Positions 25,465-39,900 of a DNA stretch of 64,000 nucleotides are shown piece by piece. Position 1 is the first letter of the stretch. Each line of letters opens with the position of its first letter. The translations under genes were made by a program, and so were the position numbers. The notes beneath the pieces are model-generated. The model ran no database searches, was not told where the DNA came from, and saw only the letters and a program-made list of their open reading frames with translations. The stretch is from Owenia fusiformis (taxonomy: Eukaryota): contig CAIIXF020000001.1 of assembly GCA_903813345.2 (NCBI GenBank), positions 6,820,001 through 6,884,000 of the forward strand, written 5' to 3'.

Positions 25465-28400
25465 TGTTCCTTTGACGGAGCTGACGAAATGGAACCCAAC
25501 AATCTGTGGGTAACGCTTCTTCAGTTTATCCATGGGGATCTCTGCTTTAGCCACCTAGGAGTAAACAATTACATCAGTCATTTGATCAATTAAATTCCCA
25601 AGACTGAGTAAAACAAGTAATCTTTTATTAATTTTAGAGATGTATGCACCACTGTATAATGATCTCTGAAATTCTGATATAGTGTTCTACAAGATGTAGC
25701 CCTTTTTTGCTTAAATATTTACACAAGAGAAGCTTTACTCTAGTATATCATGAGTATTCAATTGATTTTGTGAAATGATCCCATGAATTTTTGTTCCTTA
25801 TTTCTTTTTTTCAATTAATATCTCCTCAATACAAAGGTGAATATAAACTACATGTTACATTACTGAACAGCCCCTACTATCTTCAATAAAAGTAAATAAT
25901 AGGTAAATAAACAACAATTCATTGAAACAAGTGTTCAGTGCATATACCTGATCAATATGGGTTCCAACTATGAAGATTGGGGTGTCTGGGGCATGACTGG
26001 TGATGGAACTTAGCCAGAAATCTAGCCCAGCATGTTCATGGCCCAATCGTGTTGTCCACAGCAGCAAATATACAGCACGCTGTGACAAGAAAAACTGTAA
26101 CAAAATATTTATCAATTCATGAATGAATTAAAAACAATAAGCATCCAATCATTTGGCTGACATTTGTTAATAAAAATGTGATATTCATAAGGAATCAAAT
26201 TTAAAGATCAATGAATAAATCAATTTGGAACAAATGGGACTTTCATTTATATGCCATTTTTGTATAATGTTGTCTATATTGGGAAAAGACAAGTAATTTG
26301 TAGCCAACACAGTGATAGAACTGACACAAGCTATGATATTCTACCATATTGACATGAATTCATGATATTATATGGAAAAAATCAAATAATTCAAGACTTT
26401 TTGGAAAAGCCTCGTACAAAATAAATCCTGAAGGCATAAAGCTCAAAGACAATGTATGAAATGAAAGTCTATACCAACCTGATGTGTATTATAATAGATG
26501 GTTTGGCCCGCAAAGTCCCACACACTAAATGTCACTCCAAGACCATCATCATACATGACAGTCCAATTTTGAATATCTATCCCATCTGTGATTTCTTCAC
26601 CCTTTGTCTCCACTGTCTTGTTCTGGCTGCTCATTAAAGCTTTTAGCAAACTGCAAATATCACAATTTTATGTTAATACTGAAGAGTTCCTTAATTGTTG
26701 AAAGGGCTCATTTTATAAAAATACCCCAAAAAATTGTACTCGCCTGCAATCGCCTCCAAGGAATCTAGAAAACAAGAAACTTAACAATGCGTATTTCAGA
26801 GAACAAGGCTGAAAATATGGGAACATGGATCAAAGCAATAATGAGAGCATGGACCAAGGTATTAATGGCCCTAATGTGTACTTGGAATGTACAGATGAGG
26901 CAATTGATCAAGACACTAATGAGAACTTGGATCAAAGCAATAATGAGAGCATGGACCAAGGTATTAATGGCCCTAATGTGTACTTGGAATGTACAGATGA
27001 GGCAATTGATCAAGACACTAATGAGACCATGGATCAAAGCAATAATGAGAGCATGGACCAAGGTATTAATGCCGCTAATGTGTACTTGGAATGTACAGAT
27101 GAGGCAATTGATCAAGACACTAATGAGAACTTGGATGAAAGCAATAATGAGAGCATGGACCAAGGTATTAATGGCGCTAATGTGTACTTGGAATGTACAG
27201 ATGAGGCAATTGATCAAGACACTAATGAGAACTTGGATCAAAGCAATAATGAGAGCATGGACCAAGGTATTAATGGCGCTAATGTGTACTTGGAATGTAC
27301 AGATGAGGCAATAACGCAGATGCGAGTAGGTAGTTACCAGATTCACCACCAGGTGGCTCGTTCGGGTCAGATAGCATGGCGGGTATAGGAGAAAGTTCCC
27401 TTAAACTTAAATCACATCTGTTTTAATGATTCAATTTTCATATAACCCTTATGTATCTAATAGTTATGCTAACTGAAATATGTCCAGTAAAAGAAAATGT
27501 TATCTTTCCAATACAAGAAAAGATATTTCACTTTTTTTGATTTTGTATCATGGGGTCTAAGGGGAATCAACCCGAACAAGAAGTCACATTTTCAAAAAAA
27601 ATTAAATTTTCAAAGTTGATAAACAATTTTCGAAACCATATTTCTAGATGTACTTTTACATGCAGATTTCAAATATGACATCACTTTGACTGAATTTTGA
27701 ATATTTAATGACGTAAATCAAGATTATTTCTACTCGCACCTAGTCTATTGATCAAGACACTAATGAGAACTTGGATGAAAGCAATAATGAGAGCATGGAC
27801 CAAGGTATTAATGGCCCTAATGTGTACTTGGAATGTACAGATGAGGCAATTGATCAAGACACTAATGAGAACTTGGATCAAAGCAATAATGAGAGCATGG
27901 ACCAAGGTATTAATGGCCCTAATGTGTACTTGGAATGTACAGATGAGGCAATCGATCAAGACACTAATGAGAACTTGGATGAAAGCAATAATGAGAGCAT
28001 GAACCAAGGTATTAATGGCCCTAATGTGTACTTGGAATGTACAGATGAGGCAATCGATCAAGACACTAATGAGAACTTGGGTCAAAGCAATAATGAGAGC
28101 ATGGACCAAGGTATTAATGGCCCTAATGTGTACTTGGAATGTACAGATGAGGCAATTGATCAAGACACTAATGAGAACTTGGATCAAAGCAATAATGAGA
28201 GCATGGACCAAGGTATTAATGGCCCTAATGTGTACTTGGAATGTACAGATGAGGCAATTGATCAAGACACTAATGAGAACTTGGATCAAAGCAATAATGA
28301 GAGCATGGACCAAGGTATTAATGGCCTAATGTGTACTTGGAATGTACAGATGAGGCAATTGATCAAGACACTAATGAGACCATGGATCAAAGCAATAATG

Positions 28401-30910
28401 AGAGCATGGACCAAGGTATTAATGCCGCTAATGTGTACTTGGAATGTACAGATGAGGCAATTGATCAAGACACTAATGAGAACTTGGATGAAAGCAATAA
28501 TGAGAGCATGGACCAAGGTATTAATGGCGCTAATGTGTACTTGGAATGTACAGATGAGGCAATTGATCAAGACACTAATGAGAACTTGGATCAAAGCAAT
28601 AATGAGAGCATGGACCAAGGTATTAATGGCGCTAATGTGTACTTGGAATGTTCAGATGAGGCAATAACGCAGATGCGAGTAGGTAGTTACCAGATTCACC
28701 ACCAGGTGGCTCGTTCGGGTCAGATAGCATGGCGGGTATAGGAGAAAGTTCCCTTAAACTTAAATCACATCTGTTTTAATGATTCAATTTTCATATAACC
28801 CTTATGTATCTAATAGTTATGCTAACTGAAATATGTCCAGTAAAAGAAAATGTTATCTTTCCAATACAAGAAAAGATATTTCACTTTTTTTGATTTTGTA
28901 TCATGGGGTCTATGGGGAATCAACCCGAACAAGAAGTCACATTTTCAAAAAAAATTAAATTTTCAAAGTTGATAAACAATTTTCGAAACCATATTTCTAG
29001 ATGTACTTTTACATGCAGATTTCAAATATGACATCACTTTGACTGAATTTTGAATATTTAATGACGTAAATCAAGATTATTTCTACTCGCACCTAGTCTA
29101 TTGATCAAGACACTAATGAGAACTTGGATGAAAGCAATAATGAGAGCATGGACCAAGGTATTAATGGCCCTAATGTGTACTTGGAATGTACAGATGAGGC
29201 AATTGATCAAGACACTAATGAGAACTTGGATCAAAGCAATAATGAGAGCATGGACCAAGGTATTAATGGCCCTAATGTGTACTTGGAATGTACAGATGAG
29301 GCAATTGATCAAGACACTAATGAGAACTTGGATGAAAGCAATAATGAGAGCATGGACCAAGGTATTAATGGCACTAATGTGTACTTGGAATGTACAGATG
29401 AGGCAATTGATCAAGACACTAATGAGAACTTGGATCAAAGCAATAATGAGAGCATGGACCAAGGTATTAATGGCCCTAATGTGTACTTGGAATGTACAGA
29501 TGAAGCAATCGATCAAGACACTAATGAGAACTTGGATCAAAGCAATAATGAGAGCATGGACCAAGGTATTAATGGCCCTAATGTGTACTTGGAATGTACA
29601 GATGAGGCAATTGATCAAGACACTAATGAGAACTTGGATGAAAGCAATAATGAGAGCATGGACCAAGGTATTAATGGCCCTAATGTGTACTTGGAATGTA
29701 CAGATGAGGCAATTGATCAAGACACTAATGAGAACTTGGATGAAAGCAATAATGAGAGCATGGACCAAGGTATTAATGGCGCTAATGTGTACTTGGAATG
29801 TACAGATGAGGCAATTGATCAAGACACTAATGAGAACTTGGATCAAAGCAATAATGAGAGCATGGACCAAGGTATTAATGGCCCTAATGTGTACTTGGAA
29901 TGTACAGATGAGGCAATTGATCAAGACACTAATGAGAACTTGGATCAAAGCAATAATGAGAGCATGGATCAAGGTATTAATGGCCCTAATGTGTACTTGG
30001 AATGTACAGATGAGGCAATTGATCAAGACACTAATGAGAACTTGGATCAAAGCAATAATGAGAGCATGGACCAAGGTATTAATGGCACTAATGTGTACTT
30101 GGAATGTACAGACGAGGCAATTGATCAAGACACTAATGAGAACTTGGATCAGGGAAAATATGAGAACATTGATTAAGGCATTAATGAGATCTTGGATTTT
30201 TTATGAACAATGGCCACCATTGCAAAATTCAGCATCAGCAATTGAACAAAATCCATCCACTGATATTTGAGTTATCAAAGATTACCTCTACTTGAGAGAA
30301 ATGTTCAAAATAGCCTCTCAATTCAAAATGGCCCCATTTAAAAAAATTTAATCTTTGATAACTCAAATACTAGTTGACGGATTTGATTCAAATTCTATAC
30401 AGTCGATATGTAATTAGACATGCGCAGAGCTCTATTTAGTGATATTTTCATTTCAAATATGGCGGCCAATCCGATGTCTGGCGACCCTTACAAAGAATCT
30501 AGGCAGTGTGCATTTTTACCTCCTGTGAAATAACAAGTGGAATTAAGTAGTTGTTTTGTGTTTTACTATCATTCTGCATCGTAATTCTATGTGATGTGGT
30601 GTTAAAATGTCAGCAGAAATAAATATCCATACGATAATCCTGGCTCAAATTTTCATCTACTCTAGTTTGCACCACAAATGTGAACTTTGAGACACAAATG
30701 AGAGTAAAAGCAAGGGTATCGCACTCACATCGCAAAGGATGGCAAAGAGACAGTTTCGAAAAACTAGATGCACTGATACTTTAAAAGCTCAACCATCACT
30801 GGATACACAAGTGTTCATAATGAAATAACAATATGAACAGATATGAAAAGTTCTCACCTTGTTTTCCCAGCTCCCCCAAGGCCCACGAGCATGAGCTTAG
30901 TACGTCTGCA
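25465..30910 (-). other. Roc (Ras of complex proteins) GTPase domain exons
   Basis: [19 protein letters not shown] (G1), TDGIDI (G2), [28 protein letters not shown] (G3), IVGTHID (G4), FVSS (G5). Confidence 0.93.
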
Positions 30911-33900
30911 CTCAGTGGATCCTTTAATGAGGCGTTTCATGTATGCATTAGTTGGTCCAGTCCCATGGCTGATCACTTCATGAGGAGGTGTTTTCAGTGA
31001 AGGACAGTGTGACAGAAAGCAGGCATCTGACAATTAAATACACCAAAATTCAAATACTCTGTAAATTATTGGAACAGAAAAATCCAAAACTGCTGGGAAC
31101 TGTATATAAGTCTTTTGCTCCAGTTACACAAAACAATAACTACATGTAAAAATCAAATATAGAATAAATTACCCAATATTACAAGTACAAATAACCCAAG
31201 CAGATTCATTCTAAATGCCTTTATTACTACAGTGTATATGTTATGCATAAGTTGTGCACAATGTACTTACCCAGACTGAGGTTTCCGAGCTCAGGGGGTA
31301 GGCTCTCAAACAATGGGTTATTTTGTAGTAACAGCTTCTTAAGGTTTGTCAGTCTCTCCACACTTGCAGGCAAATGTCGTATAGTAGTGTGTGTCAACTC
31401 TAGAAACTCCAGTTTCTTCAAAGAACATATCACCTCTGGGAATCCTCCAGATGCTGCATCTATAAAATATATCAATGGTGTAATACTTGAGTTTCAATTA
31501 TTTCTTATTTAGAACTGGATCATCAACACTGCAGTATTGACATGGCTTTTAAAAGTATTTGTAGAAATACTAGAGTACTTCAATATTTCTGTCAAACTAA
31601 AGATCTTCTCATCTAGTGGTGTAACTAAATCTATGCTTTATACCTAAAAGGTGCATTAGCAAGCCACAAGTAGAAAAAATATAACCTTTTTTAGTTTCAT
31701 ACAGTAAACAATAATTGACCTGATAATCAAAAATGATTTATTCTAGGGCAGGTTAATCCGAAATTCAAACACATCAACCCCCCCCCCCCTGGCTACTGGC
31801 CTGTTTGATTATTAAAATGAACAGACCCTTCATACTGCAACCCAGACGGGGAATGGTCCAAAATAGATCAGCATTCAGATTCGCTAATTCTCTCCTGTCC
31901 AGCATTTTGTTGCTATCGATGTCATATTTATCAAACAGTTCATCAATTGTTGACTGTGGTAGCAATCTCTGTATGAACTGGATACCACTCATGTTAGGAT
32001 CTTCGAGGAACTTCTCTTTGGGGATTTTGACGTCTTCATACAGACCCTTTGTCTCATACCACGGTATACCTTCAAGTGTAAATACTCTCAAATTAAATAA
32101 GGTATTTTGAGAAGTCAAAATACTGACCACTTTATAAAAATCCAATTCACTATGAGAAAAGTGTGCAAATGGCCATTGTTCCTACTCAAATTAATCATGC
32201 CCAAAGCAAGAACCTTGTTATATTAACTGTACTGTCATCCTCCATCAGCATGGTCACCATGTGTGTGGTTGAGGAGTAAAAAATAGTGCTTCCAAAAGAG
32301 TATTTTATTCCTATCAATACACAAATTACTTTTGCAGTTTCTTCAGTCTTAGGTTTGGAAACAATATCAACGATATTTTTGAATCTTTTTGAAGTTTATA
32401 TAGTGTTTTCAATTTGAAAAAAAACTACACAAACCTCCAATCTTCAACATGATTAGATTCTGAGCCAAAGCTAGCTCTGGGGGTAGAGAAGACACCATAG
32501 TACCCTCAAGTCTGAGCTTTGTAAGGTTTACAACACAAAGTGACTGGGGTACACATCTTAATGGACTTTGAGCCACTTTCACTTGCTGTATTGCAGGACT
32601 AAATAAATGATCTGGTAGTGTCTCTATGTACGTTTTTGCAATCTCCAGTATCTTGATTCCAAGCTTCCTTGTATGTTCCTCAGAAAAACATGTACCATTA
32701 AACCTCACTGAAAGGTCTGAGAGTTTTGGACATCTTGAGAAATCAGGAATTGTCCATTCTCCATCAATGCGACGATCTTCTGCCAAGTCAAGCCGCAATG
32801 ACACCAAATTGGTAAACAGGCTCAGATCAAGTAGTGTTGAAGGATCTGGTATTTTGATAGTGAGATTATGTGGCATTGATTTATCAGGGATTGCTTCTAA
32901 GTCAATCACACTGATGCCAACATGGCCACCCTTCTCATTTTCATATTTCTCAGAGACATGAATCTTAGTTTGACACATGGGTACATCCACTTTACTAAGT
33001 ATTGGTTTCCACTTGTGTTTCTTGCCTCTGTTGGTGGAGTCATAGAAGTAACTTGACTTAAGGTAGAAGAGCAGGAAACGTGTCATTAGGGTTTCCACAA
33101 CAGCCTGATCAACTCCACAACCATCCTGTAACCCTAGTATACCTTCAAAATTCGGTAACCTCAGCTAAAACGTAAAAGAAACATGGAGTCAATGCATTGA
33201 GGTAAATAAAGATCAATGTTTACTTCAAACATTATTTTCGTTTCGATGTACTAGAAACCTTGCAAAATGACTGGGATGTAAGCAAAATGGGTAATGGCAT
33301 TGTAGGATCCACCGCCTTTTTTGGATAAACAGAAAAGCATGAGATACATGTAAAGAGAGGCTCAGATAAATCAAAATGGATGATGGGTTGGTTAAAATAA
33401 GTTGAATGTTAAAGACAAAAATGACAGAAACAGTTGATATGATTGAAACATACAGTATGGTACACATATGGCATAATTTGACATTATATTCAGGAAAAAT
33501 CAATACACAGTTTCTTTCAAGACAGATGAATTACTTACCTTTGTCATTAGAGCAATGTCAAGCCTTATCAAACGGTTGTATTCATGATACACCAGGGTCT
33601 TGTCTGGTAGGCCACCTTCTATTGGAGTCCCCTTTTGGTAGAGTATATGAGCTGAAAAAGGACTACAATTTATTTTCATGTTTTTTTGTGCCACAATGTC
33701 ACCAAGCTTAATTGAAGGTAAACTGAGAATTCAACAATAGGATTGTTTATTTCCTGTTGGTGTCTACTCGGCCATTTTGGATCTATCACAATGAGATAAT
33801 GCATATATTATAGCATTATTAAAATGAATGGTTAACGAGAACAAACAATCAGTTATAAGAACGAGAAAGTGATTTTGTACTTACACTGCCTGTAGAGTAC

Positions 33901-36900
33901 TCCTTCAGGGGTCCTATTCTTAAAGATCGCATCTGAAGACTCTTCCAGTGAACATATTCTGTGTAACAAGATGTTTCCTGCATCGTAGATCTTGTCAATA
34001 GATGGCAGTGTCATATCAGATATATGTATTGAGCTTGGCAGAGGAAAATACATCTTAAAGTTGGACTTTGTTGTGGCTTCTTTGTAATGTTCTGAGGGGG
34101 CCCCAATGTAACGTGAGTGCACTGAAATCATAATATATTATATTAAATATGGTAGTCCTTTTGATTTAATAAATAACACATTTTATTTTGGTCTGAAGCC
34201 AAGGGGTGTCGGGGGTTTGAACTGCCAAGGATTCTTTCAAAACCATGCAGTTTTTCACCATTTTGAGCACTTTTCATGTTATTAATAATGGGCCAGATTT
34301 TCTAAAAGTGAACCCTCTTGGCAAAAGATGGCTATAGGCCTGTACTCTTAAGGTGGTAGTCAAAATAAATATCTAAAATAAATGTCTTAGCCCAGGCAGG
34401 AGATTCTTGAGAATGAAAAATGTAAGAAAATCTTGAAATAATACCAAACATCGATCCAGATGTACCTTTTACAGTGCATACCTTAGACAAACAAACGTAT
34501 ACAGTACATGGATTAAAAGCTAAGTATGCATTTTATTTTATGAATAAAGCAATGTATGCATTCGAGATTGTGCCAAAATATTGCCTTTACTTATATGTAT
34601 TTTGTGTTAAAAACCGGTGATCACCTGTTACAGAGTAAGGCCAATGAACACATGTAGAGTAATTCTGGGCATAGCTTCGACTTGTGATCAATGCATCCAG
34701 CAGTTTCTTGTAGGCATCCAGGAAGAGATGGCCTGTTTGTGTAGCATGCGACAGATTTTCCCTTGTTCTTTCCTGCAAACATGAGATAGGTTAATCTGAA
34801 AATACTGCATTATACGCTGTATATTTATATCATTTTATGATCAAGATCCTAAGCTACAGTGAAGAGAAAGAGCATGGTGTAGAGAAAGAGCATGGTGTTT
34901 GATCTGAATATGGGCAAGCATAAAACATTGACAAGTAGGCCTATATTGGAATGAGTTTATACAAAATTGGTGAATTTGGTGCTGAACTTGTATAAAAATC
35001 TATATTCTTTTTGAAAACCTGGAAAATTTGAAAAATCTGAAGCTCAGTTACTAAAGTTGATAATGGAGATATTTTCTTGCACCACCTAAATAAAGTGCTT
35101 CACCTTTATATGTATTCAATAATTCTAGCATCATTTTCTCCACAATAATTCGGAATAATTTGCCATCATACTTACAATCATACTTTGTGGAGCTTTAATT
35201 GCTTTCAGGGCATCTAAAATAGCTGCAATGCTACTCGTCTCATTTTGTGAATTATTGGATAATTTACTTGGAGCCTTGCTCTTGGTTTTTGCAACCTTTT
35301 TTGTAGCCAAACGAGGGTTTGAAGACTGCACAGATATGGCATCATTGATATCCTTTGCAAGCTCTCTTGCTTCAGCAGGGTTGGATGTTAACAAGACTTG
35401 ACAGGTTCTTTCCACCCACAGGGCTAGCAAGTCTATTTTCTGCGCTGTCCATGACTTGAAATTAAATTAATAAAACCATCAGTTGATTTGAAAATGCATT
35501 TTTAAATTCCACTTTGTAAAAGCCATTACTTGTAGTTAATCCATAAAAATGTTTGGAAAAAGTGTAATGCTATAATTGTGCATTAATTGGTTTTATACTC
35601 CATATATTTTGTATATATTTTTGTTGCTTGTGTAGTTTCGTTGTATTTTAGTTTTTTATATTGTAATTGTACACTACAGCTTAAAGTGCATCTCTAATGA
35701 GCAATATGGTATTGTTATGTGTATATAGAGTACTACATATACATATATGGTTTTTATTGTACCAAGGTTTATAACCTGTCACAAAACACCTCATAATTAT
35801 TTTTCACATTTTTACCTTTACTTGATTTTCGCAAGTCAAATGTATTTGTTTTTCAATAAGTTTCTTCTCCAGTGCTAAATCAGGACATAATTCAGACACA
35901 TCTGGAAAAGATTAACATTTAAATTCAATGCATACATGAAGCACATGTACTAGTCTCTATTGCAAACTACCCTAAACTATAATTTTCTAAAACATTATGT
36001 GCTAGGCCCCTATAGGTTATACCATGGGCTTTCAAGAGATATCAGAATTTTGAAAAAATGACCAAAAAAAATTTTAAAAGGATAAGAAAATGTAACAAAC
36101 AACAATGTTTGGGATGACAAGGTGGGGACCAGAAAACATTAAAATAAGGACATTAGTAGTCCATGGTTTGGTTTGACATTTTCTAGTATTTCCCTTTATC
36201 AAATCTCAACAACCAAGACTAATGCAGTATATTATAGTGTTATTACTGATTGAAGCCCATATTCACAATCAAGTTCAGTTATAAAAATAAATTACTTCTC
36301 TCTCGAATTTTTGCAAGTCTCTTCTCAGTTGCTGAGGGTGTCATGCAAGCTATGGCAAGTTCATGCCACCCTGGGGTCAAGACATTCTCCTGGGACAGCT
36401 TCTGCTTAAAGCTAACGACATTCATGTCTTTGCCAACATCTTCAAAACTTCCCTGTCTATTTTCTATGTTTAATATAGGAAGCATCAACCACTCATCCTC
36501 CCTGCAAAACAAACCAGTAGTTGATTATTCTAATTGTAATGAATTGGATATTTACATTTTCAATTGTGTTAGTATATATATATGATAACCTCTACAAACT
36601 GAACTTGAGATTTGGGATGGAGGACACATAAGTACATGTACTACTTGCTTAATTATAAAAGTTTTCATTATCCTTTGCTACAACTTCAAGTCAAACAAGA
36701 GACACAGTGCTAATTAACACTTTACCCAGCATACCCATACTCTGATCATATGTTGGTATTAATCTGCTCTTGCATCTTTCAAATTAAATGAATATGTGTT
36801 TTCCTGAAATTTTTATGACATTTAAGATACTTACCTCAAACAAACTGTTCAAATGCTCCACATTCATAGAATACTGAATTTATTGTATTTATAAAATATT

Positions 36901-39900
36901 ATTAAAAAGATTGACTTACGAATCTGTAAATCGTGTTTCAACTTCTTGTTCCTGTTCCGGTTCAATCTCGAGGTCAAGATGTACTTTTTCTACGAATTCA
37001 TCAAAGCGTTCCTTCGCCAATCCCTTCCTTTGTTTAGATTCTTTGAAATTTTTGTTTTGAAATAGCCTGCTCACAGCACCTTGTTCTACCTTGTTGATTC
37101 CAACATAACTCCCTCTCGCTGGTGTATAAGGCCTTGGACTAGCTGTCTGTAAAAGACAAATTTCAAATTGTGTTTCAACTTTCAAGTCAAACAAAGAGTT
37201 ATTCAAGACATTATGTTATATGGTATAAAAATACACAAAATTGTTCTAAGAAGAACTGTAAACTATGGTAAAATGTGTATGTTACATGAATTGCAAAGTA
37301 GAATGTACTTACTGGTAGCAATGGACACTGAAAGAATTTGCTATCTGGTAGAAAATCCAGAACACTGCTTGTATTGGTTTCTAGTACAAGCTTATAGCTC
37401 AGCCTGGGTATATAGAAGATATGGTGGACCAATTGATCGTTCTCTTGTGAGTAGGTGCACATATCAAGGAGGTAACAATCCTGCAAAAATTGCATCATAT
37501 AAGTACAATATGGACCACAGGCAATGATATATTATTCATTCAATCATTTATATATTGTTTTTAACTATGTGTGAACATTGAAGGTTCAAATCACACATCA
37601 ATATTCTGAAAGATTAATAGTACATGTAAGTTAATTAACAGTAAGTTCATCTATTTCATACCACCCTATGCGGACAGAGCCTGTGGGAAATATTGGGTGC
37701 GGCGCAAATGAGCGGAGGGTGCGGAGCTAACGGTCATTTTTTTATTTAAAATTGGGATATTTCTGAAACTAAGCCGTTTTGGGACTTCAAATATACCAAG
37801 ATATGTGTATTTGACACCAAATATCAATAAAATTGTGAAAATAGTAGTGCAATTCATTTAATAGCGACGCAGTATGCCTTAAACATTTCCCAGACCTATA
37901 TATTTTGAGACTATTCTTTTTAATACTGCGTCCCCAGCATTCATAAAAAATGGTGTTCAAGATATCTATCTACGTTTATGGAGCTCCTCCGCACCCAATA
38001 TTTAGAGGGGGCTCATATCTGAAAAACATTCCGAATTTTTATAAAATCACACAGATACTGCCTGGCTTCCAAGATGCAAAAATAATTTGTATAGATAGTG
38101 TACCTTGAACACCATTTTTTTAAGAATGCTGGGGACTCAGTATTAAAAGGATAATTTCAAAATATATAGGTCTGGGAAAGGTTTAAGGCACACTGCGTCG
38201 CTATAGAATGAATTGCGCTACTATTTTCACAATTGTATTGATATTTGGTGTCAAATACACATATCTTGGTATATTTGAAGTCTCAAAACGGCTTAGTTTC
38301 AGAAATATCCCAAATTTAAATTCAAAAATGACCGTTAGCTCCGCACCCTCCGCTCATTTGCTCCGCACCCAATATTTCCCACAGGCTCTGTCTGCATAGG
38401 GTGCATACCTGGAATATGTGTCTAGGCCAGTAAGTTTGATTAGGTTTTAGATTCTTCATATTGAAGAGATAAAATGTTTCATTTCCCTTTTCTGATTTGA
38501 GGTCCAACTGTCGAATCATCCTTTTATGCTGGTTGTTCTCCAAGAGACCTTTGAATCTATAAGATTAACCACACATAGGTTCAATTAAAGGAACTAAACT
38601 TTTGTTATTCAACTTTGTTTGATAATTTTTGTCTAATTACAGAATAATAGACAACAAATTACTTCATGAAAAAATCTGATTTCTGATATATACAAAACAA
38701 TAAACAACACTTGTCATGTATGATACAAAATATGCATTTTCAAAATACAACTCTGTTACTCTAAGTAACAAAAATCCATTAAAATGAAACACCTCTGTAA
38801 ATTGAACACACCTAAAGCTGAAATTTTTTAGGTACCACTAACACAGATTTTACAGTACTTCAAATGTGATCCAGATTTATGCCAATTCACCCCATAGCTA
38901 CACTTACTTGACTTGATGTAGATCATTTTTTTCCTTGGCCGTATCTAATTTCGCATCAAATGCCTTTACAGATTTGATTTGCTTCAGGTCCGTTTCGCAC
39001 CAAGCTACTTCAATGTCAATGGGTTCATCTGAATCATCTATGTGCATTAGTCCCACCGATTCATAGCCATCAGGTAAGACAATCAGTTGAGTGATGTAAG
39101 TCTCATCACTAAAGTTGGAGCACTGAAAATATTGTTAGAAATCTTTAATGTACAATTATGTATGAATGCATCTTTCTTTTAAAGATAGAATGCCGATAAC
39201 TCAGTGCTAATTCCTTAGAAAAACTTCAAAATAAATCGTTGGTGTCTAAAACCTACGCTGAGGAATGGCTATAACCTGAACTTTTTTTTCTTTTTTTTTG
39301 TAAAATCTATTTATTTCTTAACATATGTACAACATGTATGCATAATATTACATAATTACAGTTACAATACAGAGTTAAAAACTATTTACATTTAATTAAA
39401 ATTTTTCAATAAATGTACCACTCTCTTAAGAATTAGGTTTTCATAATATATCTCGTTTTCTGTTGGTTTTACACCTAGACGTTCCAAAATGTTACATTCA
39501 TTTCCAATCCAAATAGGTTCAATTTTTTTACAACTAACAAAAAAATGGGCCATATTGTCATTTTCATCACAGAATTTACATTTGTCACTATCCATTATGT
39601 TATATCTTTTAAGTATGCCCCCATGAGGGTAGATTTTATGGAGTATCTTCCATTGTAATTCTAAGAGAACTGTTTCTCTAGTACATTTATAAAGTGTTTC
39701 CCATACATCTTTGAGGATATGCTCACCATCATAATACAATTCAACCTTTCTGTCTTGTACCAATTTTTTCCTAATAAATTTAGCAGTTATTTTATTAACT
39801 TCAATATTTCTGAAGTAAAGTTTGTCATTTACATGATCATCTTCACAATTATACCATCTAAAAATGTGTTCTGGTTTTAAAGCATTTCTTAATGCCTGAT

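Noticed and set aside
26825-30150. CRISPR array or real repeat-protein genes (long ORFs in the track)
   Set aside because: No unique spacers and no cas genes, in a eukaryotic intron. The ORFs follow from a stop-free 102-bp unit, and one unit is frameshifted.
36835-36873. Extra 39-nt exon of the giant gene
   Set aside because: It has AG/GT ends but gives an in-frame TGA in the required phase and needs a 46-nt intron.
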